Below, one piece after another: positions 15,879 through 25,095 of a DNA stretch of 64,000 bases. The stretch spans positions 178,910 through 242,909 of the forward strand of contig CAWUVH010000007.1 in NCBI GenBank assembly GCA_963925895.1. Reading direction: 5' to 3'. Position numbers and translations under genes: made by a program. Below the pieces are notes generated by a model. That model made no database searches. It had not been told where the DNA came from and worked only from the letters and a program-made list of their open reading frames with translations. Source of the DNA: an uncultured Burkholderiales bacterium. GTDB taxonomy: Bacteria > Pseudomonadota > Gammaproteobacteria > Burkholderiales > Eutrophovitaceae. Every line of letters starts with the position of its first letter. The stretch's first letter is position 1.

Positions 15879-17783
15879 ATGATTACTGCTGACGGGATTG
15901 CCCTTCGACGTGGTGAGAAAATTCTCTTCCAAAATGCTCGCTTCACATTTTATGCGCGTAATAAAATTGGAATAACAGGCAGTAACGGTTCGGGAAAAAG
16001 TAGTTTATTTGCATTATTGCTTGGTGAGATGCAGGCTGATGCTGGAACCCTCGGTGTCCAGCCAGGGCTCGTGATTTCGCATGTTGCCCAAGAGTTGCCA
16101 AGAGGCACCCGTCGCGCGATTGACTATGTCATCGATGGTGATGTTGAGCTTCGTGAGGTACAACGCAAGCTCAAGGTTGCTGAGGAGCAATCGGACGCGG
16201 ATCAGATCGGTATTTTGCACGAGCATCTTGGCGCGATTAATGGATACAGTGCTGAGGCGCGGGCGAATCAGTTATTAGACGGCTTAGGGTTCAAGATTGA
16301 GGAGATAATTAACCCGGTTGACTACTTTTCGGGTGGGTGGCGCATGCGCCTTAATTTAGCGCGAGCTTTAATGTGTCGCTCAGATCTCTTACTTTTGGAC
16401 GAACCTACAAATCACTTGGATCTTGATGCTGTGATTTGGCTTGAGTCGTGGCTTAAACATTTTCCTGGCACCTTGTTGTTGATTTCCCACGACCGATCTT
16501 TTTTGGATAATGTCGTTCAGACGATCTGCTTTATCGATGGAGGCGCACTCAAAACGTATAAAGGAAATTATTCGGCATTCGAGGTGCAGCGTGCATCACA
16601 TCTTGCACAGGAAAAAGCGTCGTATATCAAGCAGCAACGTGAGATTGATCATATGAAAAGCTTTGTTGAGCGTTTTCGTGCGAAAGCGACAAAAGCCCGA
16701 CAAGCGCAAAGTCGAATGAAGCAATTGGCAAAGTTGGAGTTAATTGCCCCAGCGCATGCCCATACCGCTTTTCGTTTTGAATTTAGGGAGCCAGTTTCAA
16801 AGCCGGATCCAGCTTTGGTTGTGACGGATGTTTCAATTGGATATGACGAAAAAGCCATTTTAGAAAATATTCGTTTTGAGTTGAGATCCGGAGCGAGAAT
16901 TGGATTGCTTGGGCGTAATGGAGCAGGCAAGTCGACGCTTATTCGTTTCTTAGCAGGCCAGATAAAAGCGATTAAAGGAGAGGTCTCGAAGAGTAAAGAT
17001 TTGGCGATTGGGTATTTTGAGCAAAACTCACTGGATCAGCTCAGAGAGGATGAGAACCCGCTGCAGCACCTGGTTCGCATTGCTGGATTTACCAAAGAGC
17101 AGCAGCTCAGAAACTACCTGGGTAGTTTTGGTTTTATAGGAGATGATATATTTCGAGAGGTAGGCTTGTTTTCAGGTGGAGAACGATCTCGCTTGGCCTT
17201 AGCACTCATCATTTGGCAAAAGCCCAATGTTTTATTGTTGGATGAACCCACCAATCACTTGGACATGGAGATGCGCTATGCCCTAACTCGAGCATTACAA
17301 AGCTTTGAAGGATCTATGGTGCTCGTGTCTCATGATCGCTCGCTACTCACTGCCGTGTGTGATCAGCTGTATTTGATTCATGATGGGGCTTTGAGTGAGT
17401 TTGACAGTGACTTAGAAGACTATTCCAACCAATTATTGGCAAGGACAGCTAGTTCAGGCTCTGGTTCGTCAAAATTGATTGCTTCGCGTAAGCAGAGACG
17501 TCGTGAGGAAGCTGATGAACGTAATCGTCAAGCGGCTTTAAAAAAACCACTGGTCGATAAACTCAAGTCACTTGAGACTCAATTGAACCGTCTCCAAGGT
17601 GAAACAGCTCGTCTCGAAGAAACGCTCGCTCAAACGGGTCTTTATGAGGAGTGTGCCAAAGACGAATTGCTTGGTTATTTACATGAGCAAGCGATCGCGT
17701 CTAAAGATATGATGCGCGTAGAAGAAGAATGGCTAACCGTTTCTACCAAGCTCGAAGCGTTTACAGAGACTGATGCCAGTTAA
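15879..17783 (+). CDS. ABC-F family ATPase (YheS-like), no membrane domain
   Basis: Two ABC cassettes, each with Walker A (GSNGSGKS and GRNGAGKS), an LSGG signature and Walker B (LLLDEPTNHLD). They are joined by a linker, and the C-terminus is a coiled coil. Confidence 0.9.
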   Translation: MITADGIALRRGEKILFQNARFTFYARNKIGITGSNGSGKSSLFALLLGEMQADAGTLGVQPGLVISHVAQELPRGTRRAIDYVIDGDVELREVQRKLKVAEEQSDADQIGILHEHLGAINGYSAEARANQLLDGLGFKIEEIINPVDYFSGGWRMRLNLARALMCRSDLLLLDEPTNHLDLDAVIWLESWLKHFPGTLLLISHDRSFLDNVVQTICFIDGGALKTYKGNYSAFEVQRASHLAQEKASYIKQQREIDHMKSFVERFRAKATKARQAQSRMKQLAKLELIAPAHAHTAFRFEFREPVSKPDPALVVTDVSIGYDEKAILENIRFELRSGARIGLLGRNGAGKSTLIRFLAGQIKAIKGEVSKSKDLAIGYFEQNSLDQLREDENPLQHLVRIAGFTKEQQLRNYLGSFGFIGDDIFREVGLFSGGERSRLALALIIWQKPNVLLLDEPTNHLDMEMRYALTRALQSFEGSMVLVSHDRSLLTAVCDQLYLIHDGALSEFDSDLEDYSNQLLARTASSGSGSSKLIASRKQRRREEADERNRQAALKKPLVDKLKSLETQLNRLQGETARLEETLAQTGLYEECAKDELLGYLHEQAIASKDMMRVEEEWLTVSTKLEAFTETDAS

Positions 17784-17905
17784 CTAATAATGTTTTCAAT
17801 TCGGTGCGTGACTGATGTGCAACACGTTGGTTGTAGAATTGACGTGAGCAGTAGGTTGTAACAAGTTCGTGATATGTGTTCATTATTTTAATTTGATTTG
17901 GATTT

Positions 17906-18517
17906 ATGAATAGTTTAGACGCTTTAAATCGCCTCATTGAGGGAAATCAACGATTTGTCGATGGTCAGGTTGGAAATCTTTCTAATACTGCGATGGATCG
18001 AGTTGCTCTCGTAAAAGGCCAGAATCCGTTTGCAATTATCTTGGGTTGTTCTGATTCTCGAGTCCCGGTTGAGATTGTGTTCGACCAAGGACTTGGTGAT
18101 TTATTTATTGTTCGGGTAGCCGGAAATATTGTCGCCCCCTCACAAATTGGTAGTGTTGAATTCGCGGCGGAACAGTTTGGAACACCTCTGGTTGTCGTTT
18201 TGGGGCACTCTCATTGTGGTGCTATTGAGACAGCACTCAAGTTCAATAAGGAAGGGCAGGGAATGTCTTCGAACCTTAACTTCATTGTGGATCGAATACG
18301 GCCGGGTATCGAAAGCGCATACGAGATGGGTGAGTGCAGTTATGATCAATTAGTAGGGCGAGCTGTCCGAGCCAATGTTCGTGCTTCAGCTGCGCAACTT
18401 AGGCATGGGTCACAGGCTCTTGAACGATTGATATCGGATGAGCGTTTACTTGTTGTGGGTGCAGAATATTCTTTAGAGACGGGTTGTGTCGATTTTTTCG
18501 ACGGCCTTCCTGAGTAA
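17906..18517 (+). CDS. Beta-class carbonic anhydrase
   Basis: Zinc-ligand motifs CSDSRV and GHSHCGA are present. Length is 203 aa. Confidence 0.88.
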   Translation: MNSLDALNRLIEGNQRFVDGQVGNLSNTAMDRVALVKGQNPFAIILGCSDSRVPVEIVFDQGLGDLFIVRVAGNIVAPSQIGSVEFAAEQFGTPLVVVLGHSHCGAIETALKFNKEGQGMSSNLNFIVDRIRPGIESAYEMGECSYDQLVGRAVRANVRASAAQLRHGSQALERLISDERLLVVGAEYSLETGCVDFFDGLPE

Positions 18518-18533
18518 TTAGATTCATTCTCGA

Positions 18534-19484
18534 TTAAAACGAGATGCATCTTTTATAGTTTTTCACTCTGCATATCGTTGCGAGTTCTTGTGCCTTTTTG
18601 ATGGCTTCAGAACTCATTGATAGGGCGACCCCTTCCCTAAATCTAGCAGCATTCTGATGGCCATTTTCTGCTGCAACAGTGAACCATAGGTAGGCATAGA
18701 GGTTGTTGGGTGGCACGCCTAGTCCAATTTCGTAGATAAGCCCAAGATTGTGAAATGCAGCTGGATGCCCGTCGCTTGCCGCTCCAATAATGAGTTCGAG
18801 TCCGCGCTCAGTATTTTTGGCCACACCTTCACCTTGAAGATGCAAAATACCAAGCGTATTTTTGGCATCAACATTCCCTTGATGCGCCGAGGCCTCATAC
18901 CATCTCAGTGCTTGGAGCCTGTCTTGCGGTGTGCCAAGACCGTTCCAAAACATGTCGGCAACATGATTCTGTGCTTCTGTTTGCCCTTGTTGTGCCGCGT
19001 CAAGAAAAACCTCAAAGGCTCTCGTTAGACTGGTGGGTGTCCCGATGCCGTGTTGAAACATTTTCCCCATCTGGGTTAAAGCGTCAACATGCCTAGATTG
19101 AGCGGCGCGACTGATCCATTCAAAAGCTGACTGATTATTTCTTTCGACGCCAATGCCCTCTTGAAACATTTTAGCTACCCGTAATTGAGCTAGCACGTGC
19201 CCGCTCTTGGCAGCTTGTAAGAACCAGTAGAAAGCTCTTTGAGTATTTCTAGCTACAGCCGTCCCATTACGATACATGGACCCGAGTCGTAGTTGTGATC
19301 GCACATCTCCGGATTGAGCTTGTTCTTCTAAAATCTCTAAATCAATAATCGTTGACGTTCTTTCTGCGACCGTCATGAATTTAGGCTTTTGATTTTGATT
19401 TTGAGCTTGGTTGAGTGAGATATGACCTGTCCACAAGGACAAAAAAAGTGTGCTTGTGATTGCAAGATGTCGATAGGTTTTCAC
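18534..19484 (-). CDS. Secreted Sel1-repeat (SLR/TPR-like) protein
   Basis: Signal peptide followed by about 7 tandem 36-aa repeats of the form A..W…AA..G…AQ..LG.MY..G.GV. Confidence 0.85.
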   Translation of the reverse strand: MKTYRHLAITSTLFLSLWTGHISLNQAQNQNQKPKFMTVAERTSTIIDLEILEEQAQSGDVRSQLRLGSMYRNGTAVARNTQRAFYWFLQAAKSGHVLAQLRVAKMFQEGIGVERNNQSAFEWISRAAQSRHVDALTQMGKMFQHGIGTPTSLTRAFEVFLDAAQQGQTEAQNHVADMFWNGLGTPQDRLQALRWYEASAHQGNVDAKNTLGILHLQGEGVAKNTERGLELIIGAASDGHPAAFHNLGLIYEIGLGVPPNNLYAYLWFTVAAENGHQNAARFREGVALSMSSEAIKKAQELATICRVKNYKRCISF

Positions 19485-19594
19485 GACTATAGGGACTCAA
19501 CAGGTTATATTATTGGGCTAAAGACATACTATAGCTGAATCAGCTTAGGAAACTACATCGTTTTATACGCGTTTAAGATAGGGAGGGCTGTCGC

Positions 19595-20569
19595 ATGATG
19601 GCTAAGTTCGAGGTGGGTAGGGCAATCACATTTGATTTCAATCTAAAGGAAATGAGTGATATTGCTTGGTCAGATATTTCTAGTCGGACGCAAGATGGAG
19701 TGTTTTGTTGGGGGCATCTTCCTTTGAATGAATCGGGATATGCTGTACTGAGGGACGTTGGTGTCGATACCGATACCATTGATCGTATTACGAACAACCA
19801 AGGTCATGGCGTGCTGCGTTTTGGTCGATCTGCAGTCCATTGTAGTTTATTAGAGGCGGTTGCTCATGGGCATGATCTAAATTTGAAGCCGATACATTTG
19901 GTTATTGGGCATAACTTTATATTCACCATGTGTGACGGGCACTCGGATGTAATTGCGGAAGTTTGTGATTCGTATGAAGAAGATTTTTATCAACGAGCTC
20001 AGTCGGGAGGCTTCTTATTGTTCGAGCTGGTTGATTCGTTAATTTTTGATTATCGTCAAACTCTTGGTGAATTGGCGCTAGACGTAGAAGTTATGCAAGC
20101 ACGACTCATTCAAAACAAAGATGATCAGGCTATATTTAACGATTTCTCAATTCTATCGGCATCTTTACTGCAGTTCCGAAATGCAGTTGCTGCCGCTCGG
20201 GAGTCAGTTGATGGTCTTTCTAATCGACGTTCTCCTTTTATTCAAGAATCCGCCCAACCTTTCTTGGAGCGACAAGCGTTGCCGCTTGATCGGCTTGCTG
20301 GCGATGCAACCACCTCGCGGGCGATCTTGTCGGAGACGCTGAATCTCTACATGGGGATGACGAGTCATAAGACGAATCTAGTCATTAACCGATTAGTGAT
20401 TATTAGCATGGTTTTTTTGCCTCTGAATTTTTTTGCAGCAGTTTATGGAATGAATTTTAAATATATTCCCGAGTTCGAGTGGCGTTACGGATATCCTGCA
20501 TTCTGGTGTTTGGCGATTACTCTAGTAAGTGGCATGTTTTTGGTGTTCAAGCGAAAAAAATGGATATGA
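19595..20569 (+). CDS. corA: CorA-family divalent cation (Mg/Co) transporter
   Basis: 324 aa with two C-terminal TM helices and the signature YGMNF. Confidence 0.8.
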   Translation: MMAKFEVGRAITFDFNLKEMSDIAWSDISSRTQDGVFCWGHLPLNESGYAVLRDVGVDTDTIDRITNNQGHGVLRFGRSAVHCSLLEAVAHGHDLNLKPIHLVIGHNFIFTMCDGHSDVIAEVCDSYEEDFYQRAQSGGFLLFELVDSLIFDYRQTLGELALDVEVMQARLIQNKDDQAIFNDFSILSASLLQFRNAVAAARESVDGLSNRRSPFIQESAQPFLERQALPLDRLAGDATTSRAILSETLNLYMGMTSHKTNLVINRLVIISMVFLPLNFFAAVYGMNFKYIPEFEWRYGYPAFWCLAITLVSGMFLVFKRKKWI

Positions 20570-20665
20570 ATGTGTTGGATGTGTGCTGACTAGTTTCAGC
20601 GATCCTGAACGCGAGATACTATAATGATCCAATTAAGTAGAACGTAACTTTGACGACTATTCCCT

Positions 20666-21973
20666 TTGAGTAATTTTTCTCCTTCATTATCTGAAAGAAG
20701 TTTGAGCGCTATTTGGCATCCCTGTAGTCAAATGGAGCGATTGCAATCGTGCCCACCGCTTGCGATTCGCTCCGGTCATGACGGGTGGCTTGTTGATGAA
20801 TCCGGTCGTCGATACTTTGATGCCATCAGTTCGTGGTGGGTCAATATTTTGGGGCATACAAATCAGCGCATCACCGCAGCGATCATTGAGCAGGCAAATC
20901 GGCTCTCACACGTGATGTTGGGCGGTTGTACGCATGAGCCTGCGGTTAGACTTGCTGAGCGTTTGGCCGCAAGGACCAACCATCAATTAGGCCATGTTTT
21001 TTTTGCATCTGATGGGTCGAGTGCAGTTGAGATAGCATTGAAGCAATGTTTTCATGCAAAGGCGATGCAGGGGAAGGGATCTAAGACCCGGTTTGCCTGT
21101 TTGCGTAATAGTTATCATGGCGAAACCATCGGTGCGTTATCTGTTACTGACGTACCGTTATTCCAAAATGCGTATCGTGCGTTATTGACCGATACGCTCA
21201 TTGTTGAGTCGCCGGATAGTCGGGATGGTAATGAAGGTGCAGCGCTCAAGGCGTTATCCAATTTACTGGATGAACGGGGTGATGAGATCGCAGCTTTGGT
21301 GATTGAGCCGCGCGTTCAGTGTGGCGGGGGTATGTCCATGCACTCATCAGAATATTTGCGTAAGGTCAGACAGATGACTCGTCAGCACGATGTCTATCTG
21401 ATCGCTGATGAAATTGCTGTTGGGTGCGGCAGGACGGGCACTTTTTTCGCTTGGGAACAGGTGAGTGAAACGGATTGGCCTGACATTGTTTTACTTTCGA
21501 AAGGAATAACGGGTGGAAATTTGCCCCTATCGGTCGTGCTCAGTTCAGAGGAAATTTTTCAGTGTTTTCTGAGTGACGACTTCACAAAAGGATTTCTGCA
21601 TTCGCACTCGTATACGGGGAACCCATTAGCCTGTGCCGCAGCTAATGCCGTGCTTGATCATTTCGACGAAGGATTGACTGATGCCATAGCGCAGCAAGCG
21701 CAATATCTATCTCAGGCATTTGATCGCTTCAATGGGGACTCTCGTGTCTCACCGGTCAGGCAGTGCGGTATGATTCTCGCCTTCGAGGTCAATAATCCAG
21801 GTAACAATTTTGCGGAACGTTTTCATATGGAGGGCCGTGCCCATGAGCTTTTGATTAGGCCCATCGGGAATACGGTGTACCTGATACCGCCTTATGTGCT
21901 CAATCAGGAATTAGCTGAATTTCTGGCGAATGCTGTAGATCAGTGCCTCGATAAAGTATTGAGCGGATGCTGA
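20666..21973 (+). CDS. bioA: Adenosylmethionine-8-amino-7-oxononanoate aminotransferase
   Basis: Class III aminotransferase. The N-terminus aligns with BioA (IWHPCSQM), and the gene order is bioA-bioF-bioD. The start is a TTG. Confidence 0.88.
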   Translation: MSNFSPSLSERSLSAIWHPCSQMERLQSCPPLAIRSGHDGWLVDESGRRYFDAISSWWVNILGHTNQRITAAIIEQANRLSHVMLGGCTHEPAVRLAERLAARTNHQLGHVFFASDGSSAVEIALKQCFHAKAMQGKGSKTRFACLRNSYHGETIGALSVTDVPLFQNAYRALLTDTLIVESPDSRDGNEGAALKALSNLLDERGDEIAALVIEPRVQCGGGMSMHSSEYLRKVRQMTRQHDVYLIADEIAVGCGRTGTFFAWEQVSETDWPDIVLLSKGITGGNLPLSVVLSSEEIFQCFLSDDFTKGFLHSHSYTGNPLACAAANAVLDHFDEGLTDAIAQQAQYLSQAFDRFNGDSRVSPVRQCGMILAFEVNNPGNNFAERFHMEGRAHELLIRPIGNTVYLIPPYVLNQELAEFLANAVDQCLDKVLSGC

Positions 21974-23187
21974 TCAAAAAATTACAAGACAAGATGGACG
22001 TGCTCGCACAATCGGATTTGTTGCGGCACAAATGGATTGCTCAGTCACAAACGGGAACGCAGCAGATACTCCTTAATTCCATCCAAACCAATCCAAGTAA
22101 GCAGACGCTATTTTGTTCTAATGATTATCTGGGTTTTGCGAGTCATCCTGACATCTTGTGCGCGTTGAAGGATGGGGTTGACCGCTGGGGTGGTGGTTCA
22201 GGGGCATCTCACTTAATCAGTGGTCATATGGCTCCCCATGAAGAGCTCGAAGTGACACTCAGTCAATTGTTCGCGCGTTTAATACCCGACAATCGTTGCC
22301 TTACTTTTTCAACCGGCTATATGGCGAATCTGGCTGTGATGACTGTTTTGGGGGATGCGGACTCTGAAATTTTTTCTGACGAACTCAATCATGCATCTTT
22401 AATTGATGGGATTAGGCTTTGTAAGGGTAAGGTTAATATTTATAAGCATCGTGATTATGATGCGCTCGCTCAACTGTTAGATAAAAGTACTGCGGATGTC
22501 CGGTTGATTGTCACTGATGGGGTATTCAGTATGGACGGTGATCGCGCGAGTGTGGATGTATTGCAAAAATTAGCCCAAAAGTATGACGCGTGGGTCGTTG
22601 TGGATGATGCACATGGTTACGGTGTTATTGGGGATGAGGGTTTAGGTAGCCTTGAGGTTGAGCAATCAATCAACGGCCGTGTGATCCTTGTTGGAACACT
22701 GGGCAAGTCTGCTGGGCTATCGGGGGCTTTTGTTATCGCTCACCAAACAATTATCGATTATATTTTTCAGACGGCTAGAACTTACATTTACACGACGGCA
22801 CCGCTGCCTGCTATTTCCTATGCATTGTTAAAGTCCCTTGATTTAATGCATGGTGATGAGGGGCGACAACGTAGAGGTCATTTGCGGGTACTCGAGCAAC
22901 ATCTCCGATGCGGCTTGTCTGACCTGCTTGGTGAATATTCCAATGCTGGATTGAGTATCTCAGATTCTGTCTCTCCAATTCAAGCTGTCATTGTTGGTGA
23001 GTCGCAGCGCGCTATCGGTCTGTCGGATGGGTTGAATGAATTAGGGTTTCGGGTGCCTGGCATACGGCCACCCACGGTCCCAATTGGAACGTCGCGTATT
23101 AGAGTGACGCTGTCGGCAGATCATTCTATTAATGATGTTGATCGTTTGATGGATGCCTTCCGCATACTTTTTAACAAAAGAATCTGA
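21967..23187 (+). CDS. bioF: 8-amino-7-oxononanoate synthase
   Basis: Alpha-oxoamine synthase motifs are present (SNDYLGF, VDDAHG, GTLGKS). It overlaps the bioA stop by 7 nt. Confidence 0.9.
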   Translation: MLIKKLQDKMDVLAQSDLLRHKWIAQSQTGTQQILLNSIQTNPSKQTLFCSNDYLGFASHPDILCALKDGVDRWGGGSGASHLISGHMAPHEELEVTLSQLFARLIPDNRCLTFSTGYMANLAVMTVLGDADSEIFSDELNHASLIDGIRLCKGKVNIYKHRDYDALAQLLDKSTADVRLIVTDGVFSMDGDRASVDVLQKLAQKYDAWVVVDDAHGYGVIGDEGLGSLEVEQSINGRVILVGTLGKSAGLSGAFVIAHQTIIDYIFQTARTYIYTTAPLPAISYALLKSLDLMHGDEGRQRRGHLRVLEQHLRCGLSDLLGEYSNAGLSISDSVSPIQAVIVGESQRAIGLSDGLNELGFRVPGIRPPTVPIGTSRIRVTLSADHSINDVDRLMDAFRILFNKRI

Positions 23188-23189
23188 GT

Positions 23190-23867
23190 ATGCAGTATTT
23201 TGTGACCGGCACTGATACCGAGATCGGAAAAACTACGATAACAGTGGGTTTAGTGTCCGCTGTAGTAAAAGCCGGTCATACTTGTGTGGGTCTTAAGCCG
23301 ATAGCTGCGGGTCAGGATTACGTGGATGGCGTTTGGGTTAACGAGGATGTCTTACGTTTGAGTCAAGTTTGTGATCCGCCGATCAGTATTGATCAGGTAA
23401 GCAGTTATCAGTTTCGTACACCCTGTGCGCCTGAGATTGCAGCAAGTCTAGAGCAAAAAGTAATCGATAAAAATATCGTGATGAAGCATCTTCGTGCGTC
23501 GATTAGTCACGCGCAATATGCTTTTGTTGAAGGGGTGGGGGGCTTTAACATACCGCTGAGTTCGAGTTGGACGACTGCTGACTTAGCGGCTGAGTTAAAT
23601 TTTCCGATCATTTTGGTTATTGGAATGAGACTTGGGTGCGTGAATCATGCGATGTTGACGCGTGAGGCAATTGATCGTCGAGGATTAAATTTTGCTGGTT
23701 GGGTGGCTAACTTCGTTGACCCAAATTTTTCTTTTCCAGAAGAAAATTTTAAGACGTTGAAGGAGCAGTTAGGCGGATCGTGTCTTGGTAGAGTCCCTTT
23801 CATTTTTGATGCGCGACAGGATATAGCGCCTGATGTATTCCAGTTGGATAGGCTACTTGTGGGTTGA
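23190..23867 (+). CDS. bioD: Dethiobiotin synthetase
   Basis: P-loop GTDTEIGKT is present. Length is 225 aa. It starts 2 nt after bioF. Confidence 0.9.
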   Translation: MQYFVTGTDTEIGKTTITVGLVSAVVKAGHTCVGLKPIAAGQDYVDGVWVNEDVLRLSQVCDPPISIDQVSSYQFRTPCAPEIAASLEQKVIDKNIVMKHLRASISHAQYAFVEGVGGFNIPLSSSWTTADLAAELNFPIILVIGMRLGCVNHAMLTREAIDRRGLNFAGWVANFVDPNFSFPEENFKTLKEQLGGSCLGRVPFIFDARQDIAPDVFQLDRLLVG

Positions 23868-23912
23868 GTGGTGCTCTGGTGGTTAGAGGATAGTGATAGA
23901 GTTTACAATCAG

Positions 23913-23988
23913 TGGCGCCCCGGAGACGAATCGAACGTCCGACCTACCCCTTAGGAGGGGGTTGCTCTATCCCCTGAGCTACCGGGGC
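23913..23988 (-). tRNA. tRNA-Arg (anticodon CCU)
   Basis: The reverse complement folds as acceptor GCCCCGG/CCGGGGC, anticodon arm ACCCC-CTCCTAA-GGGGT and T-loop TTCGATT. CCA is encoded. Confidence 0.88.
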
Positions 23989-24251
23989 GCAGAATCCAAT
24001 ACCAATGAATCAATACTTTATGGTACCGAAGGCGTTATTCTAACAGGCTGTAAGCTCACCATCTGCTGTACTAGTGGATAAAAAACGCATAAAAACTTAA
24101 GTGTGATAATTGAGTGGCATTCATAGGTGAATCAGGGCAGTTTGGGGTTTTGCAAGTTACAGAAAAGTGTTGAGTATCTGGAGAGGTAGAGGAAAAGGCT
24201 ATTGAGTTAGATTTCAATATATAACGCAAACTTGTATTCAAAAGGGCTGAA

Positions 24252-24776
24252 ATGGATTTTAAGGTAAATTTTGAGGATGACCGAATCCAAATAAAGCTGT
24301 TGCAGCAAGAAGAATTTAATGATTTGTATGCAATTGCGAAAGACCCGAAGATATGGGAGCAGCATCCTGAGAATGACAGATGGAAAAAAGAAAAATTTTC
24401 CATATTTTTTAAAAATGGAATAGAAAATGAATTTGGAATTTACAAGATAATTGATAAGAAAAAAAATAGACTGATTGGGTCAAGTAGATTTTATTCTTTT
24501 GACCAAAGAGACAAAGCCATACGACTTGGATTTACTTTCATTATTACGGAATATTGGGGGACGACGATTAATTTTAGAATCAAAAAATTAATGATAGATC
24601 ATGCCTTTAAACATGTAGATAAAATTTATTTTGATATAGGTGAAAATAACTTTCGTTCAAGGAGAGCCGTAGAGAAGTTAGGGGCGAATTTCTGTGATTT
24701 TAGTGCAGAAGGAATGGTAGTTTATAAGTTAGATAAGTTAGGCTTTTTGCAATCCGAAAAACCAGTATTAAGTTAA
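24252..24776 (+). CDS. GNAT family N-acetyltransferase (RimJ/RimL-like)
   Basis: 174 aa with a GNAT core (…LGFTFIITEYWGTT…NFRSRRAVEKLGA). The gene and its flanks are visibly more AT-rich than neighbouring genes. Confidence 0.75.
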   Translation: MDFKVNFEDDRIQIKLLQQEEFNDLYAIAKDPKIWEQHPENDRWKKEKFSIFFKNGIENEFGIYKIIDKKKNRLIGSSRFYSFDQRDKAIRLGFTFIITEYWGTTINFRIKKLMIDHAFKHVDKIYFDIGENNFRSRRAVEKLGANFCDFSAEGMVVYKLDKLGFLQSEKPVLS

Positions 24777-25095
24777 TACCATAACGTTTAAGTATTCTTT
24801 TTTGTATCTGCTCGGGTATAAAACGCACACCCATGTAGACCATCCCCTGGGGTGTTTAGGGTTGAAATAGAGGGTATAAATTGGTTATGCAGGCATGTTA
24901 CACACGCCGAAATCATGGCTTTTTAACAAATTGATTTATATAGATTAAATCCATTTAAAATAGGATGGCGGAGAGTGACCTCAACCCCTCCAATCACAAC
25001 TTCAATTTGAAATTCTAGCATTGGTTTCTTAGTCAGGGTTTCCATGACGAACTCTACTTGTCTGGGTGCAAGGTGCTTGAATTTTTGTCATGTGG

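Noticed and set aside
20570-20665. A BirA operator (bioO-like inverted repeat) upstream of bioA.
   Set aside because: I found no TTGTAAACC…GGTTTACAA-like inverted repeat in the 96-nt spacer.
24071-24403. A 110-aa minus-strand ORF upstream of and overlapping the GNAT gene.
   Set aside because: It is a very AT-rich, Ser/Phe/Ile-biased low-complexity translation that overlaps the GNAT start. It has no Shine-Dalgarno and no recognisable family.
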